Assembly (NCBI RefSeq): GCF_018350175.1
Contig: NC_058368.1
Coordinates: 223,388,001-223,452,000, forward strand
Source of the DNA: Felis catus
Lineage: Eukaryota
Reading direction: 5' to 3'
Length of the DNA stretch: 64,000 nt
Position 1 is the first letter of the stretch. Each line of letters starts with the position of its first letter. The position numbers and the translations under genes are program-made. The notes beneath the pieces were generated by a model that was not told the origin of the DNA, searched no databases, and saw nothing but the letters and a program-made list of their open reading frames with translations. Below, piece by piece: positions 53,935 through 64,000 of the stretch.

Positions 53935-54296
53935 TGTAGAAGTGCCGACAATATTGAGTTCACTTTTGGCCTTCCATCTTGTTTTCTCCTTCTGGTGCAT
54001 AGATGATGCCATTTTAGATAAGTAATGGAGATCCTCTGACCCACAGATGGCACAGACTCACGTAACTACCCTGTGACCTCACTACCATGGCCATCATTCC
54101 TTAAGGACTGGGGGTTAAGGCCCAGGTAGCAACAGAGAATAGGGGCTGAGAGTAGCTGCTCTGGGTCATCTAACTGCCTGATTGCCCCATCAGTAAGTTA
54201 CCCTGAATATAACTCTGCATAGTATTATGGAATGGCTTGCTTGGTTTTTTGGTATCAAACTATCTTCTCAGTCTGGCCCTCCTCCAACTTGTAATA
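53935..54296 (+). mobile_element. 5' LTR of provirus
   Basis: Aligns by eye with 59456-59849 (shared ccctgtgaYctcacYaccatg, tgggg.ttaag, cccatcagYaagtYaccYtgaa, tatggaRtggcttgcttggtttt). Followed by a PBS-like sequence. Confidence 0.8.
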
Positions 54297-54298
54297 AT

Positions 54299-54316
54299 TT
54301 GCATACTTAGCAAGAT
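54299..54316 (+). promoter_or_regulatory. Decayed primer-binding site, tRNA-Ser-like
   Basis: ttgcatacttagcaagat lies 2 nt after the LTR end. It matches 12/18 with TGGCGTAGTCGGCAGGAT (complement of the tRNA-Ser 3' end), and several mismatches fall at CpG positions. Confidence 0.5.
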
Positions 54317-54907
54317 ACTGGAAAAGAAAACAAGCATGTGTAAAAGGACCAGGCCAGGCTAAAGCTCCTTGTCATGCCCAGGGTGAGCAAGGGGGGGGGG
54401 GCACCTGGGAGCCCTTTACATGTAGGGGAAAAACAAGGTTGGCCAGCCACCCCCATGTGGGAAATCTTGGTCAGGATTTCTGGGCATTTAGGACCAGTAT
54501 GGCACCCCCCAAACACCTAAGGGATTGTTAGATACTCTATTCACAATAGTAGGGAAAAGGCAGTAGAGAAGGGAAAGTGATCAAGCTATTGCAACCACAG
54601 CTTGGCCATTGCCCCATACCTTAAGATTCACCACAGAAAAGGAATTATCAGTAAGGAGAGCATTGGAACAGATCCAAGAAGCATTGGCTCTGGAAAGAAC
54701 ATACAAGCTGCATGTTCCTCTAATACAGACCTCATGTCCAAAAGAATTCAAAAGCAGGAAGAACGGTTAGAAATTATGGCATGTAAGGTGTATGGGCACA
54801 GGTTACCACACACTAGAGAGAGAACTATTATATCTCAGGAGAACTGGGACCGGAAATCATGAGATCCCTGAGGTAATGACTCCTCTGATGAGGATATTAT
54901 AATGGAG

Positions 54908-55191
54908 TGTTATGGAAACTGGTCTGGATCACCCAGCAGAACCAAGTGGCACTCAGAGATCTTGGAAGGCAGGAGGTTTATTTTACACCTGTGGGCTCAG
55001 AGGAGATCATTCTCCAGAGGTCTGAGCCCGGAGCATAGCAGAGGGGACAACTTACAGTCTGTTATTTCTACATTCCTCATTAGTAGCAATTTGGCCCCAG
55101 AGGCAAGCAGGGTGGGAAGAAGAACCCGGAAGGGGAGTCTTCAGGCAGGGGCTGGAATTCACCTATGAGTCCTGTTGGCCAGCTTATAACA
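54908..55191 (-). mobile_element. Short LTR-like insert (probable solo LTR) inside the provirus
   Basis: Inverted termini TGTTAT...ATAACA. The gtttatttta near the left end is AATAAA on the minus strand. No clean TSD seen. Confidence 0.5.
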
Positions 55192-55667
55192 GATTTTTTC
55201 CCTATCAAGAGGAAGAAAATGATTTCCAGGAAGAAATTTTGATTCAAACAAAGACCCAGCAGCCCACTCATGAGCCTGGGAATAACTGAGAAGAAATTCC
55301 TATTAGTCAGAAAACAATGAGGGAACATTCTGCAGCTGAATTGGTGGAGCTAACATGCACTTTAAAAGCAAAAGGGCAGAGAAGAGGTGGCTGCTTGTGT
55401 GTTACCACTCTTGGATACTGCAGGAGACGGTATTATGTTAAATGCATTTCAGATGTTACAAAGGCCTCAGCCACTGCTGGACCTCCCTTGTGACAAAAAC
55501 TATATACCCCAGGCATGGGTGAGAATAGCAGGTGTTTAGCTAATCTGATCGATTAGGTAAATGCTAGCATCAAGATAACCTGGCCTAGTGAAGAGGCTGT
55601 GTTCTCCCCTCTGTATCACTGGAATTCTATGGAAGAACTAAAAGAAATTATACTTTCAACAGGAACG

Positions 55668-55885
55668 AGGGGCGCCTGGGTGGCTCAGACAGTTGAGCGC
55701 CTGACTTCGGCTCAGGTCATGATCTCGCAGTCTGTGAGTTTGAGCCCTGGGTCGGGCTCTATGCTGACAGCTCAGAACCTGTAGCCTGCTTTGGATTCTG
55801 TATCTCCCTCTCTCTCTGTTCCTCTGTGTCTAGCTCGTGATCTGTGTCTGGCTCAAAAATAAATAAGCATAAAAAAAACCACAAA
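55668..55885 (+). mobile_element. Can-SINE inside provirus
   Basis: ggggcgcctgggtggctcag head and A tail. Confidence 0.9.
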
Positions 55886-57497
55886 CAAATGGCAATGAAT
55901 CATGCCATTTGCACTCCGAATTCTAGAAGCCTAGACAAAGAATTGTTTTCCTTTAGTATGGAAGACTCTATCTTAAAGTGAGCCCCAGGGGCATGGTACA
56001 GGACTTCAGTATCTTGCCCCTGTGGTTAATGGGCCCATTGTTACAGTAGGAGCTACGGTGACTAACTTCACTGAAATGGAGAGAATCCATAATGAGGGAA
56101 ATAATTGAAAAACAAATGACTTTACTGATGATAAAATGGTGACGATGGGGCCCATCAAGGTCTCTTATAAACCGTGGTGGCAAGATCTAATGCTATCTTG
56201 GACCTCAAAAGAAAATATAAACAGACAACCCAGTCTGGTCTTTCTAAACCTATGGAAGGAGTTGCCCAAAGGAAAGCAGTTTACTCCCTTGAAGGAAGGC
56301 TCAAAAAACCCAGGTGTGTCACCAAATTACTCTTCCACTAATGGAGGAATTTCAAGGGTAGATACCCCAGACCCCTAGAGAATAGGGATTAGGCCCAGTG
56401 TTGTCCTCTAGTGCGTGCAGTTGGGGGCAACCAGAGGTCCCATGTGGAATTAACCATTTATTAGTCTTGCACTAACAGACTGAAGTAGCCCTACTAGGCA
56501 ACTAGAGCTGAATGCACAGCTATCTGTGTGTGCATAGGGAGAAATAAAGCCTATTCATGGTGGCAGGGGACAAATTATTAAGGTCTGAGGAACTAGTCTC
56601 TACCTAAAGATCACCAGGCTTCCTCCCAACTGTTTTCTAGTGCATATTTCTCCCATTCCTTAGTATATTCCGGGCGTAGATGTTCTACAGGATCTCGATC
56701 TAAACTACAATGGCAAATGAATTCAGGTTGCATAACTTGGGATGATTCATCCTTTCTGTCTCAGCAGCTGTGCCATTACAGGAGTGACTGTAACGTGACT
56801 TAAAGTCACATTGTTGGGAGGTAAATACCAAAAAGTTCCATGGTCCAGGCCAATCAGTAAAGTTTCTGGGCATTATCTGATCAGATAGTACAAAAGTGAT
56901 ACCTAAGGCTGTCATGGATTGAAATACAAGCCTTCCCAGTCCCTAAAATGGTAAAGGAATTACAGACTTTTTTGGTTTAATAGGATTGTGGGAGACCTTA
57001 TATTGCCCATCAGACAAGATATTAAGACCCTCATATTCCTCGCTTGAGATGGAAAGCTGAGACCTGGGACCTGGAGCAGCTTGGAGGCGGTGAATAATAG
57101 CTCTTCAAGTCTGCAATAAAAAAATGGCCTCCAATAAAACTGCATTTCAAAAAAAAATGGGGAAGAGGCAGAATGGAAAGAGTAAAAAAAGTAGAAAAGG
57201 TAGAGCCTGATGAATTCGTGGTGAAAAAAGTACTGACTGACGTGTAGTGAATGGAAAGGTGGAGTATTTCCTGAAGTGGAAGGGATTTACAGATGCTGAC
57301 AGTACTTGGGAACCTGAAGAAAATTTAGATTGTTCAGAGTTAATTGAAGCATTTCTTAATTCTCAAAAAGCTGGTGAAGAAAAAGATGGTGCAAAAAGAA
57401 AATCGTTATCTGACAGTGAATCTGATGATAGCAAATCCAAGAAGAAAAGAGATGCTACTGATAAACCAAGAGGCTCTGCCAGAGGTCTTGATCCTGA

Positions 57498-57611
<114 letters not shown>

Positions 57612-57703
57612 TAATTGTTTTTTTGTGAAGAGAGACTAACTTGGCATTCTTGTCCAGAGGATGAGGTTCAGTAATTGTTTGTGTTGCTTTTTATGTATGA
57701 ATA

Positions 57704-57709
<6 letters not shown>

Positions 57710-57767
<58 letters not shown>

Positions 57768-57842
57768 ACATATGTATACATATGTATATGTATATATGTA
57801 TGTGTATATATATGTATATGTATATATATGTATATATTATAT
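57710..57842. repeat. (TA)n(TG)n compound microsatellite in the retrocopy 3'UTR
   Basis: Read directly. Confidence 0.95.
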
Positions 57843-58785
57843 AGGTAATCTAGGTATTGTTTTTTTGATTTATTAATGTGAATAGATATCATTCAAATGA
57901 AAAATCAAGTTAGATATGTGTGTCTTGAAATAGTATTGGGGGAGTTGTTGGGGGTTTTTGCATCTATAGCACTGGTTACTTTGAACAAATAAAAGCTTTC
58001 TGTAATTGCTTCCTTTATCAGAAAATAATATTTGAGACCAGATATTATTCCCCTGCTTTAGAGAACACCTTTTCTAAATATTTTTCTAAAAATTGAACAA
58101 ACCTTCATAGTTGTTACTCAATCAGAATTTGTCTTTAACTCCTATATGCCTGAGGACCATTTTGGGTTTCTTGTTTATTTGGGGGGTTTTTGTGTGTATA
58201 CTTAAAATACATACATAAATGGTTTTCTTTTTTTCTTTCCTTTTAACATTCCCCAAAATAAAAACAGCATTTTATAACCATGGATAATCCCATGTTTCTG
58301 GGACGCCATCATTTTCAGCAACCTAAGAAATATATCACTTACACTGAAATTTTTCCTGAAGCCTTAACCTTTCAAATTTTGCAATTAATTGGGCAATTTA
58401 AATATGAGGTAAGCAATTAAAATTGGAAATTTGACAGCAGCCATATCGGAAATCATGTCTACAGTCACACAAATGCAAGTTTGTTGGCAAGATCCCCGAA
58501 AGGAAAATTTTATCACTACCAACAATCTCCCCACCTAAATGAGAAAACTAGACAAGTCCTGGTGTGTTTTAAGTAGGTAAAAAAAAACTTAGTTAAATGG
58601 ACATTTAAAGGTTCTTTCTAGTCAACCATTCCTTTTCAAGAAGTTGAAATCCCTGTGCTGCATTGACTAAAAGAAGGTCATGATGCATGGAATGTTGAAG
58701 ACTTGTTCATGGAAACCTGATCATAATCAGATGGTCAGAGAGAGATGCTGGCAATTTAGCACCTGCTGGAATAAATGGGGGGACA

Positions 58786-59015
58786 AAGCGCACCTGCATG
58801 GCTCAGTGGGTTAAGCATCCAACTTCAGCTCAGGTCATGATTTCACTGCTTGTGGGTTCAAGCCCCACATTGGGCTCTGTGCTGACAGTTTAGAGCCTGG
58901 AGCCTGTTTCGGATTCTGTGTCTCCCTCTCCCTCTGCCCTTCCGTCACTCACTCTCTGTCTCTGTCTCTCTCCCAAAAATAAATAAACATTAATTTTTTT
59001 TAAATAAATTAAAAA
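58786..59015 (+). mobile_element. Can-SINE inside the CBX3 retrocopy 3'UTR
   Basis: TSD aataaatg(6-7)aca (58770-58785 / 59016-59032). Confidence 0.9.
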
Positions 59016-59455
59016 AATAAATGGGGGGGACAGACCTCTGTGATCTAAACTCTTGACCTTCATGTTTTTTCTTTACCCCAATACATACCTTATTGTCAGC
59101 TTAATCTTCTCAGTATTTGAGTTACTCGTTCAGCAGAAACCAGGAAAAACAGTAAGTTTGTAGTCAGAATATTATCCAGCTGTATACTATTTACTTTATT
59201 GTAAATACCGGTAGACCGTGGTCAATAGTTTTATATTTCTTTAAAACAAAACAAAACAACAACAAAAAGATGGGAAGCTAATAGAATTGGCATGCTAACC
59301 AACGAGAGGCTTTCTCAAAGGCAAGGAAAAAAAGTACAGGTCCTGAGGGTATTAATAATAGATGTGAGATGTAAATTAGATGTAGATTTGGCTGGGGCTT
59401 GTGGCAATGACAAAATGAGAAATCAATTGTGGCCGTAACGATGTTGGGGGTGGAG

Positions 59456-59849
59456 TGTAGGAGTTCTGACCACACAGACTCTATCTTAGACCCTGTGTCC
59501 TTTTCTCCACTCTGGCCCACGGATGCTGCCCCGTGATGTTACTGGTAGAGCTACCCTCTTGCACACAGATGGTGCAGCTTTGGTGAACTGCCCTGTGATC
59601 TCACCACCATGCCCCTCATTCCATAAAGGCTGGGGATTAAGATCTAGATAGGAACTGAAAATGGCTGGGTAGCGCTCTGAATCATCTGTCAGCTCAATTG
59701 CCCATCAGCAAGTCACCTTGAACAAAACTCTGTAAATGGTATGGAGTGGCTTGCTTGGTTTTGTTTTTTTGTTTGTTTGTTTGTTTTTTATAATAAAGTG
59801 GCTCCTCAATCTGGAAGATAGATTACTGACCTTCTTCCACCTTGTAACA
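59456..59849 (+). mobile_element. 3' LTR of provirus
   Basis: Preceded by a purine-rich PPT. Starts TGTAG and ends TGTAACA. L1 resumes immediately afterwards (gatgttagctgtggttttgtcatatg). Confidence 0.8.
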
Positions 59850-61552
59850 AATGTGATGTTAGCTGTGGTTTTGTCATATGTGGCATTTTTTATGTTGAGG
59901 TATGTTCCCTCCATGTCTACTTTGTTGAGTTTTTAACCATAAATCAAAGTGGAATTTTGTCGAATGCTATTTCTGCATCTATTAAGAGGGTCATATGATT
60001 TTTATTTTGCATTTTGTTAATATAGTGCATCTAATTGATTTGTAGATGTTGAACCATCCTGATGTTCCTGAAATAAATCCCACCGATCATGGTGTGTGAT
60101 TCTTTTTTAATGTATGGCTAAATTCGGTTTGCTAATATTTCCTTGAGGTTTTTTTGCATCTATATTCTTTAGGGATATTGGCCTATAATTTTCTTTTCTA
60201 ATGAGGTCCTTATCCAAGGATAATGCGGGTATAAAATGAGTTTGGAAGCATTCTCTCTTTAGTTTTTGGAGAAGAGTTTGAGAACGATTAGTATTAAATC
60301 TTCTTTGAATTTTTGGTGGACTTTTCAGTGAAGACGTCTGGTGCTGGACTTTTGTTAGGAGGTTTTTGATGACTCATTCAACCTTTTTAGTAGAAATTGA
60401 CCTGTTCACATTTTCTATTTCTTCATGATCCAGGCTTGGTAGATTGTATGTTTCTACAAATTTATTCATCTAGGTTGTCAATTTTTTGGCATATAATTTT
60501 TATAGTAATCTTTATGATCATTAGTATTTCTGTGTCAGCAAGTTGTAACACCTCCTTTTTTCATTTCTCATCCAGCTCTTAGTTTCACTGATTTTTTTTT
60601 TCTATTTTTAGTGTCTATTTTTTTTCTCTTCTGACCGTTGTTATTTTCTTCTTTCTCCTATCTTTGGGCTTTGTTCTTGTTCTAGTTCCTTGAGGTATAA
60701 AGTTAGGTGTTTTTTGTTTGTTTGTTTGTTTGTTTGTCTGAAGTTTATCTTTTTATTGAAGTAAGCATTTATCTTTATGAGCTTCTTTTTAAAACTACTT
60801 TTGCTGTATACCATAAATTTCGGTATTTTGTATTTCCATTTTGTTGTTCTCAAGGTATTTTTAAATCTCTGCTTTGATTTCTTACTGAATACTGAATATT
60901 ATGTTATTTAATCTCCACAGATCTGTGCTTTTTTTTTCAGTTTTCTTATAATTGGTTACTAGTTTCATATCATTGTGGTTGGAAATATACTTAATAAGAA
61001 TTTCATCCTCTTAAATTTCTTTCCACTTGTTTTCTGGTCTAATATATCTATCCTGGAGAATGTTACATGTGCACGTGAGAAAAATATATATTCTGTTGGA
61101 TGAAATGTTCTGTGTATATCCGTTACATCCATCTTGACTAATGGGTTATTTAAGGCCAATGTTTCCTTACTGATTTTCTGTCTAGATGATCTATCCATTG
61201 ATGTAAATGGGGTGTTAAGGTCCTCTACTATTATTGTATTGTTATCTATTTCTCCCTTTAGGTCTGTTAGTATTTGCTTTATATTTGTTGGTTCTCCATA
61301 TGTTCTCTTATATGTTGGGTGCACAAATATTTACAAATGTCACCTTCCCTTGTTGGATTGACGCTTTTATCATCACATAATGTCCTTCATTGTTTCTAAT
61401 TGCAGTTTGTGTTTTAAAATCTATTTTCTCTTATGTGAATGTAGTTACCCCAGCTTCCTTTTGGTTTCCATTTGCATGGACTATCTTTTTCTACTCCTCC
61501 ACTTTCAGTTTGTGTCCTTACGTCTCTTGTAGCCAGGGTATAGATGGGTCTT

Positions 61553-61589
<37 letters not shown>

Positions 61590-62210
61590 ATCTATGTTTA
61601 TGCACTCAGACACATTGTGTCTTTTGATTGGAGAATTTAGTCAATTTATATCTAAAGTAATTATTGATCGATGTATACTTTTACCTATTCAGTTAATTGT
61701 TTTCAGGTTATGTCATAGTTCCTTTCTATTCTTGCAACCGTCTTTGGTTTGTTGGCTTTCTTTTGTAGTATGCTTTAATTCCTATTTATCTTTGTGTAGC
61801 TTCTATAGGATTTTGTTTTGTGGTTACAATCTGGTTTACATATAACAGCTTAGGCCTATAACAGTCTATTTTAAATAAAAAACGACTTAAGTGTCATTGG
61901 ATTCCAAACTCTGCTTTTAACTCCTCCACACTGCCAGCTTGTTTCTGATGTCACATTTTATATCTTTTTATCTTGTGTATCCCTTAAGTAATATTTGTAG
62001 TTATAATTATTTTTACTACTTTTGTCTTTTAACCTTAATAGTAGCTTTATAAATGATTAATCCACTACCTTAACTACATATTCACCTCTCCAATGAGAAT
62101 TGGCCTTTTATATATAAATATATATTTTGTTTGTTTGTTTTGTTTTGCTAATAAGTACCCTTTCTTTTCAGCTTAAAGAAGCCCTTTTAACACCTTCAAC
62201 ATTTCTTGTA
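59850..62210 (-). mobile_element. LINE-1, 5' portion of the same element (ORF2 endonuclease and start of RT), degenerate
   Basis: Minus-strand MEGTYLNIKNATYDKTTANI (RT) and KQILTDLKGEIDNNTIIVEDLNTPFTSMDRSSRQKI (APE-type endonuclease). Confidence 0.9.
61554..61588. repeat. (TG)n microsatellite
   Basis: Read directly. Confidence 0.95.
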
Positions 62211-62980
62211 TTACTCTTGTTGCAAATTTTGAATTTTTAACATTAGTATTATTTTTTATTATGTTGTGTAGAATTTTCTCATCTTTGGTCTTCTATAGAC
62301 ATCTTTTTTTTTTAATTTTTCCATTTCTGTCATTTGTGTAGCATTCTAATTTAGGATTTTCTCAAATGATGGACATAAAATGTAACTTCTCTGAAAAAAC
62401 TAAGTGTTTTGGGCATCAAAATAAAGAAAAAAATCATTAGAAAGTTGCAGGGTCACCAAGAAACTATCACCAAGAAAGGAAAAAAAAAACGTTTTCTATG
62501 TATATAATTGAGAAACAAATTCTTGGAACGCAAACTCCTTGAGAACTCCCATTACTCATGTTTGTGTCTTCTATAATGATTAGTGAACTGTGTGATCTCT
62601 AGAAGAAAGCACTATTTTTATAGGAATGCAATATGATTTGAAGGTGGTTTCCAAAATAACACCAGCTTCTAATAAGTACTTTAATTTTATTTATTACCAT
62701 AATTATTTCATGTTTCAGAATTTTCCCTGTCTTTCATATATTGAATTTAGACAGGTTGTATATCTGAATCAGAAAAGAATAATGAAATTGTGATTTTAAG
62801 AATATTTTTGTTCTATTTTTCTCTCATTTTTTTTCTTTTTCTTTTGCTGTAAGTGTCTAACTCTTTTAACTTTATGGCATAAATCCTTCCTTTAAAATAC
62901 AAATAAATGGCTCCAACTCCTATCTCAGAGTAGTGTGGGAAGAAAAGTATTCTCCTCAGTATTCTGAATTTTCCTGAGAT

Positions 62981-63140
62981 GAAGAAGAGAAGAGAAGAGA
63001 AGAGAAGAGAAGAGAAGAGAAGAGAAGAGAAGAGAAGAGAAAAGAAAGAAAAAAGAAAAAAAGAAAAGAAAAGAAAAGAAAAGAAAAGAAAACAAAACAA
63101 AACAAAACAAAAGAAAACAAAAGAAAAGAAAAGAGAAAAA
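62981..63140. repeat. Compound pentanucleotide repeat (AGAAG)n(AAAAG)n(AAAAC)n
   Basis: Read directly. Confidence 0.95.
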
Positions 63141-64000
63141 GGTGGGATGGAAGCTTCCCCCCTGCTTACCAGGTCCTAACTCCTAATTTTAGCTCTGCAG
63201 GGAAACAGAGTCCTCATTCCTTTGTTGCCTCAAATGCTACTAATACAGGAATTCAGGGTGGTCCAGATATTTTCTGAAGGCTGAGGGTATGTGAAAAATA
63301 ATTATGATCGATGTGAAAAAGAATTAACTTGAAACTCTAAATATTACAAATTCTTCGTTAAAAACTGTGCCATAGGAGATTTAAACTACTGTTTTCATTC
63401 CAGAGGTGTCTCATTTTTCCCACTCTTCAGGCAACGTTTTTCTTGCTTCCATCTTTTCAATATCTTTCAGAATATTCCACAGAAACTTGTTGTTAATATG
63501 TAGAGAAATAAGGACGTTCTTTTGCCTCATGTTTGTTCATCTGACATATACAAGCAGGTTTCAACCTTCTAGAGATACATGGAGTAGGGACTTTTTCCTG
63601 AAGAGGAATTGTCTTTCCAATCACCAGCCACCTGGCCAACCTCACGCATCTTTTGAAATATTTCCGACTTTGCTATTTCCCAAAATATACACAGGTTAAT
63701 ATTTTAGCCATTTTTAGTCATTTTTATGCATTTAATACCAATTATTTTATTACTTATAATAACCTACAACAGTCACTGTTTCTTCTCTTTGTATTTCTTG
63801 ACCCTTGTTTCTTCAACTTTTTTATTTTTCTCACCACATTTCCCCACCTTAGTCATCTGTCTTATGTTTTTCTAAAATTAACATATTTCCTAATTTTTCC
63901 TTTGAATCTGATAACTAAGGAGTTTCCCAGAGTGAGAATTCTTTAAAAAAAATAGTTATGCGGCAACAAGACCCATGGGATAGTCTTGTGAGAAAAAAAT

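Noticed and set aside
3327..55784. Many similar short ORFs (VAQSVKRPTSAQVMIS...)
   Set aside because: These are translations of Can-SINE copies, not a gene family. The dispersed repeats are not a CRISPR-like array.

Overview
This is mammalian (Felidae-type) genomic DNA, about 64 kb, almost all intronic. It carries two internal coding exons of cadherin-18 (CDH18, + strand): 21965-22259 and 46215-46334. These splice in frame and encode EC1 and the start of EC2. The rest is AT-rich intron with about 33 carnivore/feline tRNA-derived SINEs (Can-SINE/SINEC), LINE-1 fragments (mostly antisense to the gene), MaLR/ERV LTRs, DNA-transposon relics and microsatellites. The most striking structure is a multi-layer nest at about 51.2-62.2 kb. 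An antisense L1 is split inside its RT region by a sense-oriented, internally deleted class III ERV with two LTRs, a decayed tRNA-Ser-like PBS, pro/RT remnants and a PPT. That provirus contains a small LTR-like insert, a SINE and a full-length CBX3 (HP1-gamma) processed pseudogene with A tail and target-site duplication (TSD), which in turn carries a SINE. I found no evidence of a new functional biological system. Nearly all ORF-track calls are repeat-derived. Repeat family names come from pattern recognition rather than a database search, and repeat boundaries are approximate unless a TSD is quoted.
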